From contig NW_014040465.1 of assembly GCF_001186125.1 (NCBI RefSeq), positions 38,306 through 102,305 on the forward strand: DNA of 64,000 bases, in the 5' to 3' direction. Shown here one piece after another: positions 35,900-48,175 of this stretch. Position numbers and translations under genes: made by a program. Positions within the stretch are counted from its first letter, which is position 1. Each line of letters begins with the position of its first letter. Source of the DNA: Sphaeroforma arctica JP610. Its lineage: Eukaryota. The notes beneath the pieces are model-generated. The model searched no databases. It saw nothing but the letters and a program-made list of their open reading frames with translations, and was not told where the DNA came from.

Positions 35900-38800
35900 A
35901 TAATAACTGGCAGAGGACTAATAACTTGAAGGAATGATCAATTGTAGAGGGCAGGGGTCTGATAATTCGGAAGAAATAACAAATCGTAGTGGGTAAGAAT
36001 GCAGTTTTGGGGGTGAAATAAATACTAATAAAAGGGCAGGGGACATAGTACAGAAGAAAAGAGATGTATAAAGGTTGCAGAGGGCAAGTGGATACCTTCC
36101 CATTTCTCGCATGGCAAGTTGGGATAGGCTGAAACATGGTATGCACCTGCACAAATTGGACATCTAGCGGGCATCAGACACCCCTGACAACGACATTTAT
36201 CGAAGAGAACGGTCTGCATCACCTAAGGACAGGTAATGCAACGTGGGGGGACCGTTTTACCCCCATGGTAGAAACCCAAATAAGACATAGATATACTTTT
36301 CTAACATAGATATACTTTTCATAGAAACTCCCAATATATGTACCGAGATACATTAATAAGACAGTCACAAAACTTAATCAACGACTGACTGGTACGACAT
36401 GCATTCGACTGAAGAAAAGGGACGTGTGAGACTTTTAAACTACAAGTGTGCATATCTACCGTAAACCACGCCACCACCTACCTCACGCAACATGGGACTT
36501 CTAGCTAGAAAGCCAAATTGCGCTTTTATGCGGTCAACTACTTGAATTTATTCGATAGCTGAGCCATTGCTTAGGGAAGTGGGTATACGAGTATCAAGTG
36601 TTCTGTATTGCCATTTAACTGCACGATATGCAGCAACTCGCAATACTTACTTCGCCAGGAAAATAGGAACAAAGATGATATCCAATTGATACTTGTACGG
36701 TTATGCTACTTTGAGGATGATTCTCGTTGCCATCGCTCCATATGAATAGATGATCGTATAGTGCAACTTCTTCCAAATCGGCATAGTGGATAGCGTCCCT
36801 ATACAAGTGTGACCAATATTGACGTAAAGAATTTTCTAACAGATACCGCTTCGCCCGTCGATAGGTTATGATAGTCTATTATAGTGAATATTTCAAATAC
36901 AAGCTCACTCTTATCCACTTTTGGCTAGTATATCACTTTGCGCAATAAGATGTAATGCTTAACGATGCTAATGAAACATATGGGTGGTAGCAATGTGGTT
37001 TTCACTAAAAGCTGCAGCGTCGTTCGTGATTACAAAGTTAAAATGCGTCAAACTGACAGCCACTTGTTGGTAGCGGCAGACTGTTGGTAGCGGCAGACAC
37101 CTCAAGTTGCACACTGCACAGCACTGAGTCAAATAAGTAATCAGATGCATTGTGGTAATGAGCCCTCGGTACACCTGATAGATTACGCCTGTCAGTGTCA
37201 GGAAGGTTATATGTGATGCGCCCATACATAATATATAAATCAGGGGCTGACAGGGGAGCACACATATAGTTTTTGTGATTTTAGAGCGATATCATCACCA
37301 TTGACATTGATGCTCCTTTTTTCCACTTGGGCGCGCCTCTTATATTTTGACTTTCTTGTGTTAAATGAACTGTAATGCTTAGTTTCATGCTTTCAATGAC
37401 CTCCACCATATTGTGAACATTTGTTGTAGTTTTTGAGTTGGTTCTGCTTTTCATTTGATAACTATACCACCTTTGATTCGCCACTATCATTGCATCCTTG
37501 GCGGATATATTTCTCGCTTGTACTCTATTTCGGTCATGTAGTGATACTAACGAAGCGCGGAGTATTGAGTACATAAAGATCAATTTGAAGCAAGTGAAAG
37601 GATTGTTGACTATAGATCAGGCACCATATATTTTTTATTGTGATTTACATGGCAAAGACAATCCCGACAGAAGAAGGAAGTACAATGGCAAACATATTTT
37701 AAATATATGCCGAACGCACCTAGATGCAGGATATGTATGTCTTGGTATGTATCTCAATTATATTGCTCGGCCGTGTGTAGCACCTATGAAAACAATTCGT
37801 AGCGAGTGGAAACGTCATCGACCATCATTGGTGTGTCTGTACCTCGTGGTTAGCTGTTAAGGATTAATAGTATCGCTTTTTATTGCGTACTTTCGTACTT
37901 TAGCCTATTCTTTTGTCGATTTAGTATGCACCTTAAATCACGACAATGTGTATCACATATATAGCTAGAAGTTTATCATACCGTTCAATATGTAGTTGAT
38001 TTGATATATTTCCACCTGTGATCCCTCCACTATCCTTTCAATAAATGGAAAATTTTATTCGAGGGCTTTTTTTCTCGATCTCCAACGGCTTTTACTACCG
38101 TTTATAAGCTGTTAGGGCTTTGCAGTCGACATTTGCACCTATAACATATTTAGCAATAGTACCTTGGGCGGCTTGTCATGAGACATTTGGCGTGTGTGTT
38201 TGCTTGGGACGTGGTGCGGTGAAAATAAAGTAAATTGTAACACTGCCTAGCGAATCTGAGCTATTATAGGTCACATGGCCACTTGGGTCTGAATAACTAT
38301 TACTGGTATGTGAAAAGGTTTGAACTACGCACTTGCATCGTTACTGTTCCATTCTGATTAACATAAAAGGGGGTTTAAACAGGTGGTTGCATGCTATAAG
38401 TATGATATTGAATGAGTATGTTATACGTATTTGATGTTTTGTTCTCAGTTTTGAATAAAATGCATGTACTTAATCATGTGAATTTGTATTTTCAAATTTG
38501 TCAATCAATGGTCTCACAGCTTCATGTGCTGCAAGTCAATGCTGTTCTTTTACAGATCCGCCGATGTAGCATGTTCTATCAGCTCCTTCTTTTAAGGTAT
38601 ACAGAGTGTATATTAATTACGCAAAACTTGCATTTGGAACTTCAAAGGAATCGGTAGCACAATCAGGGTCCTGGAAAGAACCAATAATATTATACTAACA
38701 TTTAGACTCGGTGATTTTTTACAGAATCCCACGATCCGATTCCCTGTTACTTACTTATTAGAAGATGGCTTTGTAAACCTCCCAATGGGTTTGTAGGCAA

Positions 38801-39100
38801 CCCCCACTTCATTCTTCGCTGCGTCTTTCTCTGTAGCCGCAATACATGTCGGTGTATATAACATCAAACTCACTATGTATAGTGCATCATGTTTGTTTTC
38901 AACCTTTACAGTGGGCTCCATATTGTCGATTTACAATACAATGTGGCTCACTTAGATTGCTCATCCGTGTATGGTATCTATAAAGATACGAAAACAACGT
39001 TGGTATTGGCGTGTCTGTAATCTCGTGGTAAACTGCTAATAATTTATTGTATCGCTCTTCAGCGCATACTTTCGCACTTAGTCTATTCTTTGGCACTTTA
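35900..39100 (-). mobile_element. Highly decayed Helitron/Helentron-like Rep remnant
   Basis: Fragments occur in the expected order: QNIRGAPKW (~37340; cf. IRGSPxYW), TICAPLSAPDL (~37260; cf. TxFxTLSAADL), HLFIWSDG (~36750; cf. HxHxxxW). Many stops and frameshifts; termini not identified. Confidence 0.3.
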
Positions 39101-40719
39101 TAGTGGTAAAGGGAGCCTTTAGATAGTTAAACCGGAAGAGATGTTGCAGCAGAATAATTTGAGGCCAAATCCGGCCGGGAAGATACCGCACCGCAGCACT
39201 GAATACTCGAGGATAAAAAAGCCGTTGAGAAATGAGAAGTTATTAGTGATTAGTAGGATGTTTAGAGACTACCGATTCTGGTAAAATATGTAGCATCAGG
39301 CAAGTGCTACGATGTAAAACATACAATATTCAATAATATATAACAGTATAAAATTGCAGAGCGATTTTATCGAAGGTAAAAAGCAGATATTGCCAAAGGC
39401 CAATAAGCGCTAATTAGTAATTAGACTCTCAAGAGCAAAAGAGCATATATATAGGAGACGCCAGGCGACGAGAGATGTGAAGCATATATATATATATATA
39501 TATACATATGCAAGCACGCAGAGAGGCTAAGTACACAACATTAACTTATTGCCTTATACGCATTAACATTTTACAGCAATTTACAGCAAGAGGGCTGCAG
39601 CAGAATCCGAAGAAGAGACCTTTTTATCAAGTGAAGGAGAACAATCACAGCACGCGCAGCTAAGTGTAGGGCTTTGCAACTGGAAGAAAACATCACCCAG
39701 TTAGGTGTAGCCTTATCAAGGCAATAAGAAAGAGTTTCAACTCGAACCGGCAGCTAGGGTGGAAGAATCTGAAAGGGAGCAGGCCATCAAAGAAGCGAAG
39801 AGCGCTGATAACCATGCACTACAAGACAGCAAGATCAAGATGATGGAGATGCAAATCATGAATTTATCAAACGGAGCAGGGAACAAGGAACGTACGTAGT
39901 TGGAAGCCGAAGCAACACTGCGAGCACTAATGACAGATTTCCCAGAATCACTCATGGAGAAATTTCGTGAAGGTGAGTCAGTAAAACTATCAGAAGTGAA
40001 GCGTGCGGCGAGACCAGCCCATGTACGAATAAACGACGCAGAACTTACGATGGACTCGGGCGTAGCCAAAGTAAAAGCAGCAAAAGAGAGCTTTTATTCA
40101 GCAGCAGATTTGTTAAAAATATGGACACGTAATGGGAGCGATGTTAGTCCACAATGTGAATATACGAACCGATCCAACAGCAATAATGGATCTGGTTGCG
40201 TATCAAGCACAACTTTGTCAGCACCTGTTAAATTTGACACTTGATGCAGTCGAATCTCTGGATTTGGAACATAGGTGCCGTTTTGATGTTTACACACCAG
40301 AGGTACAAACAGCAAACATTGAACCAAGGTGCATACCAGATTCCTGTACACACCACAGAATCGCCTGCCAAACACCTACTGTGAGAACAGAACTGCACTG
40401 TGAGCATCCTGTTCTGTACGTGCGTCGATTTCAAGGACACTAAGAAAGGGACGACTTGAGGCGAACCACCTGAGAGATTGCGATGCAACAACTTTAACCG
40501 AGGCAGCTACAAGATGAACAATTGTCGATTTGTACACGAGTGCAACAGGAACAAATGCAAAGACCGCAAGTCTCATAGCGGCGCCAATCATGACCCCAAG
40601 ATGCACGAACGAAAACTGTGCGAGACCCAGTAAAACTATGGTACGCCACAGAATCTCAGCAATGTTATCATAGATAAACCCAGACCACATTCAGTCCCAA
40701 CCCCTCAGATAGTAAAGGA

Positions 40720-41133
40720 GGCACTCCAAGGATATGATGCAATAAAGAAAGCTGAGATTCTTAATATTCTACCATTTGGAGCACACATTGGTCATACTGG
40801 CGATCGCACACATAAGTTGACATTCAGGAATCACAAGCAAGCCTTCGAAAATAGCACGGGGGTTGCAGCAAAGATTAGCAAAGACCTTCAGGAAGGCAGG
40901 CACGATCATAGGCCCATTCGATAAAGCACAGCTAGACACAGGATACTAGAGGGTGCCTCCACTCTCCCAGATTACCTCTCTCAATACGGACGGTTCTGTC
41001 AAGAAATGTAAAAGAGTACACGACGTGAGCTACCCACGCAACAAAGGACGCTATATTTACATCAACGCACATATCAACAATAAAAACCATACAAGACACA
41101 CCACAAGGATCGCCGATAAGCATTGTGAATATC
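40720..41133 (+). pseudogene. Reverse transcriptase N-terminal remnant (Ngaro/DIRS-like), cut by the LTR element insertion
   Basis: GPF, PL and RVHDVSYP motifs; frameshifted; ends at the TATC target duplication. Confidence 0.65.
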
Positions 41134-41896
41134 TGTAATAGCCGGGCCTCCACATTAGATCATGCTCTATAAACGTACTCTTAAGCAGTACATAAACTAT
41201 AAACGTACTCTTAATAGTGCGTGAACCAAATGGTTTTTAACGGTTCTATTTAAAAGTACCTTTAGGTATGCCTCGTGAAAACAGCAATACTTTGAGGGAT
41301 TGTAAGGCTGAGACATTGCCTATATATAATCCTCTCAGTACTGTTTTCGCCGAAGGGATTTTATTTAGTGTTTCGTTGTCGCTCTAATAGAAACTATGGG
41401 TTGTTTCGTTGGGGCGAATCCGAGAGACTCATAAAATCCTATCTTTAGGAGAAAAAAAAAGAAGAAAAAATACTCTTGATGTCCCTAGTTATTGCATTAA
41501 CCAATAACTTGCCACTTATCAAGAATTACCGACTTAGTCTTCATCAGACTGGTACATCTGGTTGGCTGAACGGAGGATAAACTAAGCAACGCTAATAGTC
41601 CTTAGAAACCCATGTTCGGTTGAGCCATCTCGCTACCGAAGTATTCAGATATAAATAGATTTGGAAGGTTAATATAGTTCTATTAATAGAACTAGACCAA
41701 ATCTTATATTTGGTATTTTACTGGGGCCTTTTAATGGCCTTGTCCAAACATCTGATATGTAAAATGGAAAAGATATTTAATTAATAAAAACCTTTAAGAA
41801 CCATTTAAGAGTTTACGTACTTTTAAGAGTACGTTTTACGTACTATTAAGAGTACGTTTATAACATAGAGTCTAATGTGGAGGCCCGGTTATTACA
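41134..41896 (-). repeat. 763-bp 3' LTR with ~115-bp imperfect terminal inverted repeats
   Basis: Begins TGTAATAGCCGGGCCTCCACATTAGA and ends TCTAATGTGGAGGCCCGGTTATTACA. AAACGTACTCTTAA motifs are iterated at both ends. Confidence 0.9.
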
Positions 41897-42035
41897 CAGC
41901 CCCCACCCAGCTTTGAGACCCATGAGAAGCAAGTTGCTCACTCAAACTGATTATGGGTCAAAAAGCGAGAAAGGAAAAACGGGTCGAAAACATTAAGTAG
42001 CATAACATATAGTTAATGTTTCTCAGGCGGAGAAG

Positions 42036-43870
42036 TTAAGCGTTCTCAGTTACCCTGTGAATTTTGGGCTTAGGTCCAGTAGGTCCGTGGTGGTCGACTG
42101 GACGTTTCTTACGCTTCAGTGTCTTAAGCACGTATGAAGGATGAGCATTAAAGCTCGGGATAAATGCTGTAGGCGGGTAAGTTTTAACTTCCGTGCCTTC
42201 AGACGATGGAAACATGCTATCTTTTTCAGCTTGTGACTTATGCAGCCGTTTACGCCATTTTCGATTAAAGGCTTTTAAATAGTCTTTATTATCGAAAGCA
42301 TCTGAAGTCAACTCAGCTATTGTACCGTTTATAAAGCGTGTACGATAGTATGTATAGCCTCCCTTATCCGTTCTCCATATAATGTCTTTAAATTCAGAAC
42401 GATCAAGAGGGGCAATAGAGCCATGTCTTCTTGCGAGTATAATCTCTGTAGTCAGAATACGACTTGTGCCTATATTAAGCGCACTAGAACCATCGGGGTT
42501 ATTTACCTCGTACGTTCCACTTTTAGTGTCTGCTACAGAGATTATATATGGACCTATCCATTTAGATGTTAATACAGTAGCATCGGAATTACGTTGACGG
42601 ATGTTAACTCTGTCACCGACCTGATACCCCGCTATCTTCTTGGTAGTGTTCCAACGCTTTGTCTTTTTAATAAGGCTATATTGCGTATTTCTCGCAAGCA
42701 AGGGTATACAACGTTATAAATACGTTGTACCTTCTTTAACCATGGTAACTCATGGTGATCAGGTTCATCCTTGTTAAAGGGGATTTGTAACTCACTATAT
42801 CTGCCATGAAAATAGTGAGCGGGTGTAGTTCCTGTAACCGGATCAGCACACTCGTTCATCTGTGTTTGTACCCACTTAAGGTGGTATGGCCAATCATCTG
42901 CATCATCCGTTAATGAAGTACGCAAGAAGAACTTAAGTCCTCTATGGAGCGTTTCATTCGCGCCTTGCGTTTGCGGCTTATATGGCACACCTCTCTTTTG
43001 GCATATGCCTGAAACGAGTACTAGCGATTTCATTACGTCATCGCAAAACTCGCTACCGTTATCAGTGCACATAATACCCTGCCACCCGTGGTCAGCAAAG
43101 ACTTGGCAACATAATTATGCCATGGTCTGCGTATTCTTATCCTTTAATGGATAGAGCAAGTTAAACCGTGACGCCACATCAAAGAAGTGGCATACGTAAC
43201 GGTCGCCTGTGTGCTCGGACGTGGGCAGGTCAACCAGATCAATGATGACCCTGCGCCATGGAACATCTTCAGTCACACTCTTAAGCGGTGTGAAACCATA
43301 GCGCTTGATCTGATTGAGATCACAGTCTGTGCATGACTGATATACTCTGTCAACTAAAGTTGCCAGCTTAGGGTGCGCGATTCCATGTCGCTTAGCATCT
43401 TTGAGTGCTTCTACTACGTTCTGGTGCTTCAGCTTATGATGTTGCTTCAGCCAAACAAGAATGTTTTCATCATTCTGCTCTTCCAGAATAAAGGTCGGGT
43501 GTTGAGAATCCACTTGCGTGGTCTCTAAGTCTGTAATGTTTCCAGACTCCTGTCCTGCTTTAGCATGAGCGTCATAATCGCGCTCATGTGCGTTAGATAC
43601 ACCTGACTTATTATATAGTCGCATTATATGTGTATGCGCTTCAGGATTGTCTTTCATTAATCCCTGTAAAAATAAGGTTTGAACGACCTCAGGCTTGAAC
43701 TTTATGTTATTAAATAGAGTCCTAGCTAGAGACTGACGCTTCTTCACAGTGTCACTAGTAGATTGTATTTCTTGTGCACAGACATTAAATGCAGTGTTGC
43801 CTTTGAACTGCTTAACGTAAAGAGTCGTTGTATTGTCTGTGTAATGATTGTACCTGGTAGTACCGTCACT
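42036..43870 (-). pseudogene. Ty3/Gypsy-like integrase with GPY/F and chromodomain-like C-terminus (one in-frame stop, two frameshifts)
   Basis: HHCC finger (QHHKLKH...SCTDC); D (IIDLVDL); D (TDNGSEF); E (PQTQGANE); SKWIGPYII; tail IIWRTDKGGYTYYRTRF...YLKAFNRK. Stop at 43115-43117; frameshifts near 43075 and 42690. Confidence 0.88.
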
Positions 43871-45030
43871 CCAACTTAATGTTGGGCTTTCGGTCACAAG
43901 ACTTAGTGTGATAACCATTGGTCTTTTCACACTTGTCACACATAGTAAGAAAATGTGTACAGGTGGATGCATGTCTACCATTCCAATAACCGTTAGGGGT
44001 AAACTGGTACATGTCATACCCACACTGGGCGTCGGCACATTTCTTAATCTCCTTAAATGGAGGTTCCATGTCCTTCGCTCCTGCGCGTGCCCGTCGCGTT
44101 GTGAAAGTGGATTCGCGAGCACGTGTATGTGGGGGTCTCTCGTTTGAGGTCTGCCTGGATACGTACCCGTGATCGGTGAGCTCCCGTGGCTTCTTAACAG
44201 CCGCTTTTCCCTTCGATGCTACTCGATGTGCGGGAAAAAGAGTGGATACAGTATCATAAAGCTGTTCCCATGTAAGTCGGGATAGATGATACTTTGTTTC
44301 ATGTGCCTTGTCTCGAGCCTCAGTCGCGTGTTTACGTCGCAACTCGGTGTACAGACTCTCACGGTCGTTATTCCCTATGTTCTTACAGAACACGTGCATA
44401 ACCAGGAATTCGTAGCATCGCTGTGCCTTGTCCTTTGTTATATCGGGACGTTTCAGGTCAGCGTCTAACTTCAGAATATAACTCTGAATGAGCGTGTTCT
44501 CGGCTGGTTCATTTAAAATTGAACTCAGCCCAGGGCTACGCATATCCTTACTTAACAAGGATATGACCAAACCAACACACAGCTGGCCAGTCATGACAAG
44601 TGTCTAGCTCATGCTGGTGTCGCTGCAGGATCAGATAACTGGTCCCTGTAGGGTCAAATATCTGCATTAAGGCAGAGATCCATTGCTGGGGAGCGATATC
44701 ATTCGTCTCCAGCATGACCGTAAACGCATTAAACGTACGAGTTAGCGTGTCGAGGTCATGGTTGTTTATAAACTCGACCTGCTTGCTGTTGGCATCCCAG
44801 TTCGACTTAAGTCGACTGATCTGTCCCTTGTACTTCTGGTTGTTCATGTGGTCTTGGCCACGTTGGGCCTGAAGTAATTGGTCTATGCGCTTTTGCTTAA
44901 TCGCAATAATATTCGCATAGTATGCTACGTCATCAGCATGATGCGCAGCATGGGCGACTTCCATTTTATTGGTATAGTCGTCGACCGATTTATTAAGGTC
45001 GGTCACCTCGTCAGAGTGGAAATCCTCTGT
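43866..45030 (-). pseudogene. Gag-like protein (capsid-like region plus C-terminal Cys/His knuckle-like motifs); 5' end in the gap, one frameshift
   Basis: FNAFTVMLETNDIAPQQWISALMQIF...DWPAV resembles Gypsy capsid helices. The C-terminus has CADAQC...HASTC and CDKCEKTNGYHTKSC. Frameshift near 44560. Confidence 0.6.
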
Positions 45031-45697
45031 NNNNNNNNNNNNNNNNNNNNNNNNNNNNNNNNNNNNNNNNNNNNNNNNNNNNNNNNNNNNNNNNNNNNNN
45101 NNNNNNNNNNNNNNNNNNNNNNNNNNNNNNNNNNNNNNNNNNNNNNNNNNNNNNNNNNNNNNNNNNNNNNNNNNNNNNNNNNNNNNNNNNNNNNNNNNNN
45201 NNNNNNNNNNNNNNNNNNNNNNNNNNNNNNNNNNNNNNNNNNNNNNNNNNNNNNNNNNNNNNNNNNNNNNNNNNNNNNNNNNNNNNNNNNNNNNNNNNNN
45301 NNNNNNNNNNNNNNNNNNNNNNNNNNNNNNNNNNNNNNNNNNNNNNNNNNNNNNNNNNNNNNNNNNNNNNNNNNNNNNNNNNNNNNNNNNNNNNNNNNNN
45401 NNNNNNNNNNNNNNNNNNNNNNNNNNNNNNNNNNNNNNNNNNNNNNNNNNNNNNNNNNNNNNNNNNNNNNNNNNNNNNNNNNNNNNNNNNNNNNNNNNNN
45501 NNNNNNNNNNNNNNNNNNNNNNNNNNNNNNNNNNNNNNNNNNNNNNNNNNNNNNNNNNNNNNNNNNNNNNNNNNNNNNNNNNNNNNNNNNNNNNNNNNNN
45601 NNNNNNNNNNNNNNNNNNNNNNNNNNNNNNNNNNNNNNNNNNNNNNNNNNNNNNNNNNNNNNNNNNNNNNNNNNNNNNNNNNNNNNNNNNNNNNNNN

Positions 45698-45820
45698 ACT
45701 ATTAAGAGTACATTTAGGAAACTTAAGTTCCTCGTAATATTAAGAGTACGTTTATAATTTGCGTACTGCTTAAGAGTACGTTTATACATAGAGTCTAATG
45801 TGGAGGCCCGGTTTATTACA
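45698..45820 (-). repeat. Visible outer end of the 5' LTR/TIR
   Basis: Ends GAGTCTAATGTGGAGGCCCGGTTTATTACA, in the same orientation as 41870-41896. Confidence 0.9.
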
Positions 45821-47369
45821 TATCTATAAAAATATGTATAATATATATCTGTCATCCACGCGAAATATAACAGCAGCTCCGTCGACAGCATAAATGACTA
45901 GCAGTATTGTTAGTATTGTATAGGTTGTGTTCGCGAACAAATCATAAGCACTTGTCTATGACACCAGTCAAGTAATTTACCAAGTAGTCACATACGTATG
46001 CGCCACCTCTCAATATATATGTATATATATATAGTGAACCATGCAACCAGCCTTATATATAGTGAACCATGCAACCAGCCGTGCCGCCTGCAGCACAATT
46101 GATCACTGTCACTCGTATAATCGCACGTCGTATATGCTGGCACATTGCGTATGCACTACTGAGAGTATCTTAACTCCTCTGTCGAATAATTGGTCAGCCT
46201 GTAACTGATGGACATCATTTCAAAGTGTAATGACTGAAGTCAAGCTACACATATATAATGTCGTCATAAATAAACCTTATACATCACCGCCAGTTTCTAT
46301 CCCGCCGCCAATCAAGGTGCCGTCGTGTCATGTTACATAAATATGAAGAAAAGAAAAAAGTGATATTTCTCGTCCTAAGGACTTTGTGTTAGTGTCCGCC
46401 GTATACGTTGAATATTCCTGAGCTGTGCTACGGTTATTAACGTACGAGTGCAATTGACCTCACAGATTGCCTCAAACCTTAGTATGCTATATTGTCTCCT
46501 TGCGAATCATTGCTGGTGCCCAAGCAAACACTTCTACCTTCAATAGGTCAAATATGTGTCCACGCAATCACTTCCACCCTCGATAAGTGTTATATCCATG
46601 AACTTTGAACCTTTTTTTGATCGACCTATGTCGCCCTGAAATTCCAAGTTAGCTCTGTGTCGATTCTACTCAATACTAGCTTGTAGTGTTTTCCTTTAGC
46701 CACCAGGATATATTTGAACTGAATTTAGCACGTCCACGAGCTGATGACTGGCTCAGCCCTAGACGGACAAAGAGTATAAAGTTGTTCCATGCGTATCGCT
46801 GGTAAGTTCAGAACTTGTAGACTTCGTTCGGTACCTGAAAAATATTTCGTGAGTCCCTCTCCATCGTATGGTCCGTATTCGTCCAGACTGTATCATTGCC
46901 TCAAGACCAGTCAACCCAAATACGATTATTTTTCGAAATTTTTGAGTTAGTAGCCGAAATAGCAAAATAACCTCCTTAGCGTTTTGCACATGTGTCATCA
47001 GCCCTAAGTTGTCGCGCCGCTTGATAATCCCTTTCATATGTTGTAAGGTCTTATCCAGCGCGGAAATCGATTGTTGAGTCTCAAATAATAAAATGGTCTA
47101 GCGTAATATAGACTTCTGCCTTGGTATGTCATCCGGTATTAAATCAGAGGAAAATTACGTCACCACCTCATCAGTATGCCATGGCGACTGCAGATGAAAT
47201 CCAAGCAGTCGTTTCAACAATCGAACACAGGCTTCCTTACTCACGTTGTAACTAAAACATAACTGAATAATTTTAGTCAGCTTAACCTGTGAGGAACGAA
47301 ATGTAATAAATACAGTAGTTCGGTTTCGGATGAGTCATCACTTCTGTCTCATTAAATTCTCTGTTCCAC

Positions 47370-47850
47370 TAATTGGTTCGGTCCTCTTTTAGGGTACTAT
47401 GTCCACACGCGTAACGCCAGTAAGAATGCGTCAACCACTAATACCAATCATTGTTCACAAAAAAAAAATGCTAGCTACGTCAACCGCAATCACCACAACA
47501 CTAGACTGCTTCGCACATACACTGCAATGCTTGTAGATATTTTTGGTCTCCTACGGAGTGGAGAATTTACTGTTCATCACCAACTAGAATCGATTCACCT
47601 AACACACACATGCATCGCGGTAAGGGCATCAAACTACATGAGACGTATGCAGATATATGATACCAATTAGTTAAACAAGTATTGATCGTGCAACAACAAT
47701 CACAGTTCTTCTACTACCAAGGGAATGGGCTGATATCTGCCCTTACCGCGCACTGGTGGACTGCTTGGCAAGAACGAAGATGAAGCGATGATACTAGGAA
47801 GATGGACTTCGGCGGTCAACCGAACATACTGGAAGCGAACACCCAAAGGT
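47370..47850 (+). pseudogene. Tyrosine recombinase remnant
   Basis: TAMLVDIFGLLRSGEFTV (box I Arg), DICPYRALV, AMILGRWTSAV (box II). Internally deleted and frameshifted. Confidence 0.75.
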
Positions 47851-48175
47851 CACAGTAGATTGGAAAGTTAGTAGGATACATTCAGCAGTCGGGCTTACCC
47901 TCTAATGCTCCCCCATCATTTCAGTTTTCACTGAAGAAGCCACTACTTCTAACGGGCGTGATAGAGAAGCAAGAAAGGAATCGTGGTGACGCCGGCACCC
48001 TCAGTACCGTACGTCCAGCGCCGTCCAACTGAATGGTATCAGGCAATCAGACACCAGGAAATCTCGACGAAGCTGCGACTTCGACCATACCACTTGAATG
48101 ACAAGTCTTTTAATAGTGTAAAATCACAGAGCGATTTTATCGAAGGTAAAACGCTGAGAATGCCAAAGGCCAATA

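Larger units (their letters stand above)
41134..45820 (-). mobile_element. LTR-type element encoding Gag-like plus integrase-chromodomain proteins, with no PR/RT/RNase H visible
   Basis: TGT...ACA termini; TATC at both 41130-41133 and 45821-45824 (4-bp TSD). One complete LTR at 41134-41896; the end of a second LTR is visible at 45698-45820 and the rest is in the N gap. A G-rich tract (minus strand GGGTGGGGGCTG) abuts the 3' LTR. Confidence 0.85.
39341..48175 (+). mobile_element. Decayed Ngaro/DIRS-type tyrosine-recombinase retrotransposon, interrupted by nested insertions
   Basis: Gag-like fragments ~39740-40440. RT N-terminal fragment ~40720-41133 (ILPFGAHIG...RNHKQA...IIGPF...KRVHDVSYP...YINAHI). 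Tyrosine recombinase fragment ~47370-47850 (RQPLIP, FGLLRSGEFT, ICPYRAL, LGRWTS). 65-bp direct repeats at 39341-39405 and 48111-48175 (57/65 identical). Confidence 0.7.

Noticed and set aside
43860..43890. Programmed +1 gag-pol frameshift site
   Set aside because: The frames overlap in +1, but no Ty1 (CTTAGGC) or Ty3 (GCGAGTT) heptamer is present and the element has other degenerative frameshifts.
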